IMG/VR virus record: IMGVR_UViG_3300045988_150762
Span: 1 to 28,719 of that record
Direction: 5' to 3' (one strand)
Length of the DNA: 28,719 bases
Origin: a virus
Shown here: one piece after another, positions 1 through 8,244 of the stretch
Position numbering within the stretch: the stretch's first letter is position 1
How the letters are laid out: each line of letters begins with the position of its first letter
Position numbers and translations under genes: made by a program
The notes under the pieces: model-generated
Told to the model about the DNA's origin: nothing
What the model saw: the letters and a program-made list of their open reading frames with translations, nothing else
The model's database searches: none

Positions 1-55
1 TGCCACAGAAAAAAGTTCTGCCTATGCCACAGAAAAAAGTTCTGCCTATGCCACA
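1..55. repeat. Terminal overlap identical to 28665..28719 (circular-assembly signature)
   Basis: Exact 55-nt identity read directly: t + 2 x GCCACAGAAAAAAGTTCTGCCTAT + GCCACA at both ends. Confidence 0.95.
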
Positions 56-577
56 AAGGATAAACAGAACACTAAACAGGAAGAAAAGAACACTAACAGC
101 ACAAAAGAGAAAAAGAAAGTAAACAAAGAAAAAGAGAAAACAGAATTAATTGAGAAAGATATGATTGTTGTAAAAGAAGATAGGGGTGCGGGGGAAGGAG
201 AGAAAACACAGCCACCAAAAAGCAACGCTGTGGAAGTCCGTGCAACGGCTAACGCCTTATGCACTCCACACCCACAAGAGTTAATGGAAAATCGCAAAAA
301 GAAATTCATGCAGGACGTTGCAGCGTTTACAGGACGCTACCCCGCTCAAATGCTAACAGACTTCTTCAACTATTGGACAGAGCCGAACAAAAGCAAAACA
401 AAGATGCGCTTCGAGATTGAGCGAACGTGGTCGATGTCGTTGCGGCTCACACGCTGGGCAATGAATTGCAAGAACGACAAACAACAAAAACAAAACAGTA
501 ATGACACAAGCAGAACAGCCGATTGGGCAAACAGCATTATGCAAGACATGGCAGACTATCATTCGGGAAAACTGTAG
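2..577 (+). CDS. C-terminal part of junction-spanning replication-associated protein (continues 28384..28719; 285 aa in the circle)
   Basis: Frame 2 is open from nt 2 to the TAG at 575-577 and is in phase with the ORF leaving the window end. It has a K/E-rich linker followed by a conserved-looking FFNYWTEPNKSKTKMRFE..TW segment. Confidence 0.7.
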   Translation, partial: ATEKSSAYATEKSSAYATKDKQNTKQEEKNTNSTKEKKKVNKEKEKTELIEKDMIVVKEDRGAGEGEKTQPPKSNAVEVRATANALCTPHPQELMENRKKKFMQDVAAFTGRYPAQMLTDFFNYWTEPNKSKTKMRFEIERTWSMSLRLTRWAMNCKNDKQQKQNSNDTSRTADWANSIMQDMADYHSGKL

Positions 578-1124
578 CGACCCTACGGCCTTACTACGTT
601 TTTTCAGCGTTGACAAAGAACAGAACTACGCCGACGGTGTTAGCAGGGTTGCCAATAGTGTATTCCCGTCACCCCTGGCGATAGAGGCCGAGGCCGTGCG
701 GGCAGGCATAGCGCAGAAAGGTTGGGCAAAGCTTTTCTTTCGTGGGCACATTAAATGCGTGCTTATGGCCAAAGGCTTTGCAATATCCGAGGGCGATGCA
801 ATTAATAACTTCTTTGCAGATAACTTCTGCGCCTCACATGGCCGAGGCTATAAGATTGCTGTTTTCATGATGTTCTTTGCACGCATCAAAGCTGGGGCTT
901 GTGGCAGGAGTTACAGCAAGACAGACCCGACACAGATAGGCGAGGCTTTTGTAAAAGAGTTTATTCCGTGGTATAATGCCAAGTTGGCAGCACTTGGCAC
1001 AGTCAACAACGGAGAGGCAAAGCAAGATGTAAGTCGCTGTTGCACCATGGAGGAGGCCGAGGCCATTCTGGGCACGACTTTTCACAACTTACGCAACTAC
1101 TATACCAGAACGCACAAACAATAA
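501..1124 (+). CDS. Hypothetical early protein
   Basis: 207-aa ORF. The only in-frame ATG before 767 is at 501, so it overlaps the upstream gene by 77 nt. No motif recognised. Confidence 0.5.
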   Translation: MTQAEQPIGQTALCKTWQTIIRENCSDPTALLRFFSVDKEQNYADGVSRVANSVFPSPLAIEAEAVRAGIAQKGWAKLFFRGHIKCVLMAKGFAISEGDAINNFFADNFCASHGRGYKIAVFMMFFARIKAGACGRSYSKTDPTQIGEAFVKEFIPWYNAKLAALGTVNNGEAKQDVSRCCTMEEAEAILGTTFHNLRNYYTRTHKQ

Positions 1125-1251
1125 CGGAAAGGCAAATAAGGGGCAAAACGGACACCAAGGGCGCTTTTTGCTGTCTTTGTGGGCAATTCCACGTTAGCAA
1201 CCAAAACAAGCCGACAGAAACGAAATTTTAAAAACTTAACAAACAATAAAA

Positions 1252-1533
1252 ATGAAAGAATTAAATACTATTGCAGATTACAGAATTGTAGGAATATTAT
1301 CAGACCCTAAGCAGACAGAGAAAACCGTGTATCAGTCTTTTCTTGTTGAATTTGTTCACAGTGGCGGCTTGCATAAGTTGGCAGTGTCGGCCAGCGGTGA
1401 CGATTGTGCCTACATGGCAACGCATATCGGGGACACTATCTTGGGCGTGATAGACATTTATAGCTATCAAGGTAAAGGACAATACGAGGGACGATTGTTC
1501 ACAAATGTACGCTTTAAAGTGCTTCCACAGTAA
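1252..1533 (+). CDS. Hypothetical protein (93 aa)
   Basis: ORF with an A-rich leader (acaataaaaATG), in the + strand gene series. Confidence 0.55.
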   Translation: MKELNTIADYRIVGILSDPKQTEKTVYQSFLVEFVHSGGLHKLAVSASGDDCAYMATHIGDTILGVIDIYSYQGKGQYEGRLFTNVRFKVLPQ

Positions 1534-1537
1534 GGCT

Positions 1538-2197
1538 ATGAGGTATATTGCGGTAAATTGCAAGTTCTCACCGCAGCAGCACAAAAGTCTACAAGACATT
1601 GTTGCTAAATACGGTTTTTCTTCTGTCTATGAGCTATTAAAGTTGCTGGGCGTGACGTTGATACAGTACACGGACAACGCTGTGAGGGCGGAGGGCCAAG
1701 GGGCTTTTGCAGACCTATTCAACCGCGTGTTAAGCAGTGAGAGCCGTCAAGCCCTGAAAAATACAGAGTATGACATCGTAATCGCCATTAACCCGCATAG
1801 TAAATCCGTCCAAGTCCTTAACACATATACGCAAACAGTTTCGGCATCGTCCGTTAGAGTTCTTCGGCTTGTAGTTGATACGTTGTTTCCGTCCCTGGCT
1901 GATAGGTTGCGAAGCGTTTCAGGGTTAGACAACTATGCAAAAGTACTGTGTGACTGTCTTGATGAGTATATAGACATGCTTAACCGTGAGCACATTAAAC
2001 AGAGTAACGACAAGTTAGGAAACAGCGAGAACCAACTGACGGACGCTTCCAGACCGAAGCGAGCCGACAAAAGGAATATTTATACACAAGATGAAAAGAA
2101 GCAGAGACTACACAAGATTGATGAACGCGGCACGATGGCGGAAGCTTCGGGCAAAGTATCTGACAGCGCACCCACTGTGCGAGGAGTGCGAAGCTAA
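1538..2197 (+). CDS. Hypothetical protein
   Basis: The ATG at 1538 lies 5 nt after the upstream stop and is preferred over the 1505 start. The 3' end overlaps the HNH gene start. Confidence 0.5.
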   Translation: MRYIAVNCKFSPQQHKSLQDIVAKYGFSSVYELLKLLGVTLIQYTDNAVRAEGQGAFADLFNRVLSSESRQALKNTEYDIVIAINPHSKSVQVLNTYTQTVSASSVRVLRLVVDTLFPSLADRLRSVSGLDNYAKVLCDCLDEYIDMLNREHIKQSNDKLGNSENQLTDASRPKRADKRNIYTQDEKKQRLHKIDERGTMAEASGKVSDSAPTVRGVRS

Positions 2198-2420
2198 AGG
2201 GCTGGCCGTATGTGCGAGAGAGGTTCACCACCTTACGCCCATAGAGACCGCGACAAACTTCCGCGACATGGAGACGCTTGCGTATGATTACAATAACTTA
2301 CAGGCATTGTGTCACGCTTGCCACGTAGCCCGACATTTAGCAATGCACTCTAAGAGCAGGGCAAGTAACAAGCAGAGACAGGGCAGCATGGTAGAAGCAT
2401 TCAAAAAAAAATTCTTATGA
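2091..2420 (+). CDS. HNH endonuclease (phage packaging-associated type)
   Basis: Motifs CEEC..., EVHHLTP, NNLQALCHACH..H. Small size and position just upstream of the terminase genes. Confidence 0.9.
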   Translation: MKRSRDYTRLMNAARWRKLRAKYLTAHPLCEECEAKGLAVCAREVHHLTPIETATNFRDMETLAYDYNNLQALCHACHVARHLAMHSKSRASNKQRQGSMVEAFKKKFL

Positions 2421-2641
2421 GAATACAAGTAATACTGCAGAGCGGTGTGGGGTGGTCTTGGGACGTGGCTACGGAGCACGAAGCAAAGTCAGAGGCAGCG
2501 AGTATAGCACGCCGATGGAAACAAAACGCCCGTGTGTACATTTATGTTGACGGTGAGTGGGTATTAAAAGGCCGTTGCGTCTATTGTGACATAACGGGTG
2601 AAGCTCCGTACATTGACGCAGACGAGGTCGCCTACCCGTGA
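2417..2641 (+). CDS. Hypothetical protein (74 aa)
   Basis: ATGA start/stop overlap with the HNH gene. No motif recognised. Confidence 0.5.
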   Translation: MRIQVILQSGVGWSWDVATEHEAKSEAASIARRWKQNARVYIYVDGEWVLKGRCVYCDITGEAPYIDADEVAYP

Positions 2642-2677
2642 CCCCTCAACTATGCACCACGGGGGGAGGTCTTTTTT
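2640..2677 (+). terminator. Possible rho-independent terminator
   Basis: GACCcCTC ... GGGaGGTC imperfect stem followed by TTTTTT (2672-2677), directly after the stop at 2639-2641. Confidence 0.4.
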
Positions 2678-2802
2678 AACAGGGGGTAGGGGTTGCGCGA
2701 AATCCACTCCCCAAACTTTCTCCACACGTGAGTTGCGCGTGATATTTATTGTAAATAGTCAATGTAATAATATCTTTATAAAACGAACATAAATAAAAAG
2801 TC

Positions 2803-3042
2803 ATGACACAAGAACAGTATGATAAGGCAAGTGAATTATTAGGAAAAATAGAGAGAATTCAGACGGAACTCACAACACTTGAAGATATCCAACAATATTC
2901 TTATCCTAGTTTTTCTCTCTCCGGCATGAGAGGAAGTACATGTAGCATTCCTCCCGAAATTGAGGAAGATGTCTACGGATTGATAAAAACAGAGTATTGC
3001 AAACAACTTGAAGCATTAAAAAAAGAACTTGAAGAACTGTAA
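2803..3042 (+). CDS. Hypothetical coiled-coil protein (79 aa)
   Basis: ORF with heptad-like E/K/L-rich ends. Confidence 0.5.
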   Translation: MTQEQYDKASELLGKIERIQTELTTLEDIQQYSYPSFSLSGMRGSTCSIPPEIEEDVYGLIKTEYCKQLEALKKELEEL

Positions 3043-3086
3043 CAAAATGAAAAAATTAATTATAAGTATTTCAAAACCGAAAAGCA

Positions 3087-3476
3087 ATGGGAAAGAAGAA
3101 AAATACAAGAAAAAATTGCACTATTGAGGTAGAGAGCCTCATGCGGCGGCAGCATGCCTATAGTGAAGAACTTGCAATACAAGTCGAAATCGTTGGGACA
3201 CAGTTGTGGCTGTACAGACGCATGGCAGCGGAGGCGGAAAAGGCGGACGCCTTTGTCAGTGGTTCGACAGGGCAGAAAGTAATAAATACAATTTTTGAGC
3301 AGCTGCGCAAGTATTCTGATGATTTGCGCAAGGGACTTGCATCGTTGCAGATGAACAAAGACAAGCTAACGGGCAGCGTACTTAAAAAGGAGATAGAGAC
3401 AAAGCGGAAAAACGATATCGATGGATTTGTAAATGACCTTAACGCCCGTTTTTCGGAGGGCAGACGAGAGGAATAG
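3087..3476 (+). CDS. terS: Terminase small subunit candidate (P27-like)
   Basis: 129 aa, immediately upstream of terL and downstream of HNH, which is the usual HNH-terS-terL arrangement. Loose resemblance to the P27-family small terminase pattern. Confidence 0.5.
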   Translation: MGKKKNTRKNCTIEVESLMRRQHAYSEELAIQVEIVGTQLWLYRRMAAEAEKADAFVSGSTGQKVINTIFEQLRKYSDDLRKGLASLQMNKDKLTGSVLKKEIETKRKNDIDGFVNDLNARFSEGRREE

Positions 3477-3480
3477 CGGT

Positions 3481-3648
3481 ATGGCAAAAACGTGTTTGAA
3501 TTGCGTACACTGCTCCACCTGGGTCAAAGATGGGCGGTTATTTTATTACTGCGCCGCACGGAGGTCTAAGACGAAAAGGGCGGACTTCTTGCGTGTGAGG
3601 TGGTCAACCCCTATTTGTGCATTGTATGCAGAGGTTAAAGTAAAGTGA
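3481..3648 (+). CDS. Small Cys-rich protein (55 aa)
   Basis: MAKTCLNCVHC...YYC...IC. The ATG lies 5 nt after the terS stop, and its stop overlaps the terL start region. Confidence 0.4.
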   Translation: MAKTCLNCVHCSTWVKDGRLFYYCAARRSKTKRADFLRVRWSTPICALYAEVKVK

Positions 3649-5354
3649 GAATTATGCAGGAGAGCGACAAACAGAGATTAAGAGAAGCAAAAGAGGCTTG
3701 TATTTGTAGGTTGCGCGGCGTTGACTTTTTGGCGTACGAATATGCAACAAACGAAACAGACCCCCGTATTAGTGAGTATATTCTGGGGTGTATGTCTGAC
3801 ACTGACGGACACAACTTTTTTGAACTTCTTGCGATAGAGCAGTTCTTCAGGAAGTTGGACAAGTACGAGTGGAGGGGGAAAGAGGTGCAGAAGTTCTTTG
3901 CCTTTTACGAGCGTATGAGGTTCAGCGGAGCGAATGGCCGACAGCGTTACAAACTTACTCCTGTACAGTGTTTCCAGTTCGCAAATATTTTCGGGTTTTA
4001 CAGCGACGGAAAACGGCTCACAAAGGACGTACTTCTTTTTGTCCCGCGGAAGTATGGAAAAACAACATCTTGCGCAAGTCTTGCGGTATATGATTTACTT
4101 TTCGGGGACAATAATGCGCAGGCCTACGTTTGCGCCAACGATTTCAATCAAGCGAAGATATGTTTCGATGAAATTAGGCACATTGTAATGGACTTTGACC
4201 CAGGAATGTCAGCCTTTAAAGTCAACCGTGAAAAAATTTTTTGTAAGATGGCAGGGCGCGAGAGTTCCGCAAGCTGCCTGACGAGTTCGGCAAACACAAA
4301 GGACGGACTGAACGCAAGCTTGGTAATATTAGACGAGTACTCACAGGCGAAATCAAGCGAGTTAAGAAACACCCTTATCAGCTCCATGGGCGCAAGGGTG
4401 CAGCCTCTTGTAGTTACAATCACCACAGCAAGCGACAAAATTAACGCCCCTTTTTATGCGGAGTTAGAGGGCGTAAAGCGTGTTTTGCTTGGAGAAGTGG
4501 ACAACGATGCGTTATTTGCTCATTTGTTTATGCCAGACGTTGACGACGAAGAGAGCGACGAGCGTACGTGGCGCAAGGTTCAGCCACATATCGGGGTAAC
4601 TGTACAAAAAGATTATTATTTACAGTACTATAAAAGGGCGCTGACAAATGCCGATGACATGTTGACGTTTCGCACGAAGCTTTTAAACGTGTTCGCCGTA
4701 AATGAGAAGCAGGCATGGTTCAGCCGTGATGAGGCGGAGCGGATATTGAAAGATTTTAAGGTAGAAGATTTTAAAGGCTTGGCTTGTCTGTGCGCTTTTG
4801 ACCTGTCTGTAAAAGATGACTTTTCCGCAGTCTGTTATACTATATATTACAACAAAAATTTTTATTGTGATATTCGCTATTATTTCCCCGAGGGGCAGTT
4901 GGACACGCATCCAAATTCGGAGCTTTACAAAGCGTGGGCGGCTGATGGGTATCTGACTTTGTGCAAAGGTAAATGCATTGACTACAACCAAATTGCAAAC
5001 GACATTCTTAAAGTTGCGAAAACGGTAAAAATAATAGAAATCGGATATGATAACTACAAAGCGGGGGATTTGGCCAGCATTCTGGGCGCCCGAGGCGGTA
5101 AAAGCTATTTGAAAGCATATCCGCAGACATACGGGGCTTTTAATATGCCTGTAGAAGTATTTACAGGCATGGCACTCACAGACCCGCCGCGGGTGTGGTT
5201 GAATAACAACCCTATAAATGTTTTCTGCCTGACTAATGCCATATTGGACGAGGACAGAATGGAGAACAAAAAACCCATTAAGCCCTCGCAGTATAGAAAG
5301 GTAGATGGTGTTATTTGTGTGCTGATGGCATTAGGCATGGCGAAAAAATTATAA
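3645..5354 (+). CDS. terL: Terminase large subunit
   Basis: Walker A PRKYGKTT, Walker B LVILDEY, C-terminal nuclease-like D..S..D segment, ~565 aa. The start is either GTG 3645 or ATG 3654. Confidence 0.95.
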   Translation: MRIMQESDKQRLREAKEACICRLRGVDFLAYEYATNETDPRISEYILGCMSDTDGHNFFELLAIEQFFRKLDKYEWRGKEVQKFFAFYERMRFSGANGRQRYKLTPVQCFQFANIFGFYSDGKRLTKDVLLFVPRKYGKTTSCASLAVYDLLFGDNNAQAYVCANDFNQAKICFDEIRHIVMDFDPGMSAFKVNREKIFCKMAGRESSASCLTSSANTKDGLNASLVILDEYSQAKSSELRNTLISSMGARVQPLVVTITTASDKINAPFYAELEGVKRVLLGEVDNDALFAHLFMPDVDDEESDERTWRKVQPHIGVTVQKDYYLQYYKRALTNADDMLTFRTKLLNVFAVNEKQAWFSRDEAERILKDFKVEDFKGLACLCAFDLSVKDDFSAVCYTIYYNKNFYCDIRYYFPEGQLDTHPNSELYKAWAADGYLTLCKGKCIDYNQIANDILKVAKTVKIIEIGYDNYKAGDLASILGARGGKSYLKAYPQTYGAFNMPVEVFTGMALTDPPRVWLNNNPINVFCLTNAILDEDRMENKKPIKPSQYRKVDGVICVLMALGMAKKL

Positions 5355-5366
5355 ATTTTTTAGTGT

Positions 5367-5401
5367 TTTGTCAGTAAGAAGTAAATAATTTGATATATTT
5401 G
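5367..5401 (+). promoter_or_regulatory. Candidate Bacteroidota promoter for the secreted-protein cassette
   Basis: TTTG (5367-5370) and TATATTTG (5394-5401, matching TAnnTTTG). The 23-nt spacer is longer than the ~19-nt optimum. Confidence 0.4.
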
Positions 5402-5431
5402 CAAAATAAACATTTTAAAACATTGCGTATT

Positions 5432-5836
5432 ATGAAAGAAGTATTGTTAATTTTGTGTTTCTTATTGTTGGGAAGTTCAACAGCTGGGGCGAGGAAGTTT
5501 CACGTTGAAAGTCTTACAACTTATTTGGGCGGCAGCCATTTAATGGATATTACGGCAACGCCGAAGAAGTGGACGGCAGAAGCTAACGAGGAGAACTTCT
5601 CAGTCAGAAATGAAACAGACGAGGTTGTTAATTTTGTATTTCTTGAAGGCAAGACTGAAACGGCGGGGTCTATTGTTCGCAAAGCAACAGAGGTATATTC
5701 AGCGATGAAAAGCACCGTGGAATTAAAGCAACAGACAGACGGAACTCTAATTGTTATTTGCAAGTTTAGCGAGGTTTCAGAATTTATGTATAAGTTAAAG
5801 CCTATAGAATACCATGAAAAACTTTATCATAATTAG
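5432..5836 (+). CDS. Small secreted protein 1 (signal peptide)
   Basis: MKEVLLILCFLLLGSSTAGA N-terminus starting from ATG 5432. Confidence 0.65.
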   Translation: MKEVLLILCFLLLGSSTAGARKFHVESLTTYLGGSHLMDITATPKKWTAEANEENFSVRNETDEVVNFVFLEGKTETAGSIVRKATEVYSAMKSTVELKQQTDGTLIVICKFSEVSEFMYKLKPIEYHEKLYHN

Positions 5837-6251
5837 CTTGCTTTTGTTGGGTGTTGGCACTATGCGAGCGCAAGACATCTACGAGGCCGTTGCCGTAAAG
5901 TTCTCGTTAAATGACAAAGACCGCACGACAGGCAGCGGGGGCAATCTTGTATTTCTTGACAACTGGCAGATACAGTCGGAAAAAGATAAATTTTGCTTTC
6001 TTCATAATGGCTGGAACCGACATTCTATCGAAGTGCTGAAAGACACAAAAAAGAAAGACGGAGATTTTAATATTTTCGTGATGAAGCCCTCATGGGACGC
6101 GTTAACGCCAATTACTGTAAAATTTAATCATGCAAGCTGGAAAATGGTATTATCTTTTCCTATTGGCACCGCTTATTATACGTTTTATTTCTGTCCTGAA
6201 AATTTGGTTGATGAATATAAAGCAGAACTGCAAACAGGTGTAACGAAATGA
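5814..6251 (+). CDS. Small secreted protein 2 (signal peptide)
   Basis: MKNFIIISLLLLGVGTMRA|QD N-terminus. Confidence 0.7.
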   Translation: MKNFIIISLLLLGVGTMRAQDIYEAVAVKFSLNDKDRTTGSGGNLVFLDNWQIQSEKDKFCFLHNGWNRHSIEVLKDTKKKDGDFNIFVMKPSWDALTPITVKFNHASWKMVLSFPIGTAYYTFYFCPENLVDEYKAELQTGVTK

Positions 6252-6754
6252 AAAAACTTTTATCTATATTGTTATATGTGTGCGTGGCTGTATCATTGCA
6301 AGCACAGAAGAAAGTAACCGCAAAACCGCAAAACAAAATAGTATCAGCGGACGAGATAGTGGAGTTCTCTGTCGGTCTTTTGGATAGTAACAAATGGTTC
6401 TTTGAAACGGTAGTCGAAAAGGGGTGGACTGTGACAATGTTAGAAACTCCCAAAAAACAAACGGTTTTCCGACTAAAGAAAGGTGATGCTTTGATATATT
6501 CTTTCGAAGTAAAAAAAGTGTTAGAACATCACGACAATAGCACAATGACAGACTACGAAGAAACCTTTGATTTGGACTGTTACGAAGAACGCTCAAAGAA
6601 AGATGTAGGGGTCTTTTTCGGGGTTAGGAACGGTATTAAAAATATCATGTTTGAACAAGGTGGAGTAATGTACCGTTTTGGCTTCGTCAGTACAGAAAAC
6701 GCTGACGTAGTACGGAAAGCGTATAAAGATTTATATAACAACAACCAGGAATAA
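6248..6754 (+). CDS. Small secreted protein 3 (signal peptide)
   Basis: MKKLLSILLYVCVAVSLQA|QKK N-terminus. ATGA overlap with the upstream gene. Confidence 0.7.
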   Translation: MKKLLSILLYVCVAVSLQAQKKVTAKPQNKIVSADEIVEFSVGLLDSNKWFFETVVEKGWTVTMLETPKKQTVFRLKKGDALIYSFEVKKVLEHHDNSTMTDYEETFDLDCYEERSKKDVGVFFGVRNGIKNIMFEQGGVMYRFGFVSTENADVVRKAYKDLYNNNQE

Positions 6755-6774
6755 TTATTAAAAAATAAAACATT

Positions 6775-6900
6775 ATGAAGAAGAAATTGCCGAGTGTCGC
6801 TACGGCGACAATTCAGTATTTCACGGACGAGGGCAACGTTATTGTTAAAACGTCCGGCGGCTCTGTAGCTCTGTATTTTGATGATATAATGAAACTGTAA
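6775..6900 (+). CDS. Possible 41-aa small ORF
   Basis: ATG 6775 to TAA 6898-6900 (MKKKLPSVATATIQYF...), lying between the cassette and its terminator. Too short for the ORF track. Confidence 0.3.
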   Translation: MKKKLPSVATATIQYFTDEGNVIVKTSGGSVALYFDDIMKL

Positions 6901-6945
6901 CAAAGATATTGCAAGATTATTCTGTAGATTTTAAGTTTTTTTTAG

Positions 6946-6985
6946 GTGCGAACTCTGATTTTTTTTGGGGTTCGCACTTTTTTTT
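6946..6985 (+). terminator. Rho-independent terminator closing the cassette
   Basis: Perfect 8-bp stem GTGCGAAC (6946-6953) / GTTCGCAC (6970-6977) followed by an 8-T run (6978-6985). Confidence 0.7.
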
Positions 6986-7029
6986 GTCTCGTTGTGGTAC
7001 CAGTAACACCATTTACGTAGGTGTTATAT

Positions 7030-8244
7030 ATGGGACTGTTTAAACTTACATTCAGGAAGCGCAAGCGAAGAGAAAGCACTGGGGGCGTAACGTCCTCTAT
7101 CGGCAGCACAGTGCAAAATGCAATCGCAGTAAGCGAGGACACGGCAATGAAATTAAGTGCCGTGTACGCTTGTGTTCGCATATTGTCAGACACGGTAGCG
7201 GGTTTGCCTCTTAAATACAAACGGCGCAATGAAGCAACGGGGACTTATGTGGACTTTACCGAAGCGCCTATGTATTACGCATTAACGGTTAGGCCAAACA
7301 GTCGCATGACTGCGTTTTCTTTCTGGAAGTATGTTGTTGTACAGATGTTATTGCGTGGCAACGCCTACGTACTTATACAGCGAGATTATCAAGACGTTTA
7401 CGGCTTTGTCCTACTCAACTCCGAAACGGTTGCGTACAACAAATACAGCGGTACATACATTGTGGCCGATGCGGTTGCAGGGGTGAACGGCACTTTTACA
7501 GGGGATAAGATACTCCACTTCCGCAACATGAGCGAGGACGGAGGCTATACTGGCGTTAGTACAATAAGTTATGCACGCAAACAACTGTGTATAGATGCGA
7601 CGGCCGAAAACGTAGTATTAGACCGTTTCGGCCGTGGCGGCATAGGTAAATTTGTCTATCGTGACAAAGGCGGCGCTTCTGGCTTCGGGGAGTATGCAGA
7701 TGAAGAATTGAACGCTAACGGCAGGGATATAGAACGGCAATTAATAACCCAAAGCGTTGCTGTTGTTCGGGGTGAGGGTGAGCTTACACAAATGCAGATG
7801 ACAAGCGCCGATATGCAGTTTATCGAGCAACAGAAAATAACCGTTAGAGCAATAGGGCGGTTTTTCGGTGTCCACCCCTCACACCTTTACGAAGATACAA
7901 GTAATTACAAGAGCGTCGATGCGGGTAATATTGCTTTGTATAGCGCTGGAGTGAAGCCGATACTAAATAACATTATTGCGGAACTTTCGGCAAAGCTGCT
8001 TGACGAAACTAATTATTTACGCTATCGCTTTGAGTTCGATATAGATAGCTTGTATATAACAGACGCATTAACGGAGGCCGACTACATAACAAAGCAAATA
8101 GCAAACGGCACAATGACAATTAACGAAGCCCGACAGCGTCGAAATCTCCCGCCAGTAGAGGGCGGAGAAAAAACGCTTGTTAGCACGAATATGGCCGATT
8201 TAAACAGTGAAAAAATAACAAAAAATGAACAAAGTAGAAATTAG
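7030..8244 (+). CDS. Portal protein (HK97 family type)
   Basis: ~400 aa, AVYACVRILSDTVAGLPL motif region, located ahead of the protease and capsid genes. Confidence 0.9.
   Translation: MGLFKLTFRKRKRRESTGGVTSSIGSTVQNAIAVSEDTAMKLSAVYACVRILSDTVAGLPLKYKRRNEATGTYVDFTEAPMYYALTVRPNSRMTAFSFWKYVVVQMLLRGNAYVLIQRDYQDVYGFVLLNSETVAYNKYSGTYIVADAVAGVNGTFTGDKILHFRNMSEDGGYTGVSTISYARKQLCIDATAENVVLDRFGRGGIGKFVYRDKGGASGFGEYADEELNANGRDIERQLITQSVAVVRGEGELTQMQMTSADMQFIEQQKITVRAIGRFFGVHPSHLYEDTSNYKSVDAGNIALYSAGVKPILNNIIAELSAKLLDETNYLRYRFEFDIDSLYITDALTEADYITKQIANGTMTINEARQRRNLPPVEGGEKTLVSTNMADLNSEKITKNEQSRN

Noticed and set aside
3047-3133. 28-codon ORF (MKKLIISISKPKSNGKEEKYKKKIALLR) overlapping the terS start
   Set aside because: It is very short and lysine-rich from an A-rich leader, and it overlaps a better-supported gene. 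It is most likely non-coding.
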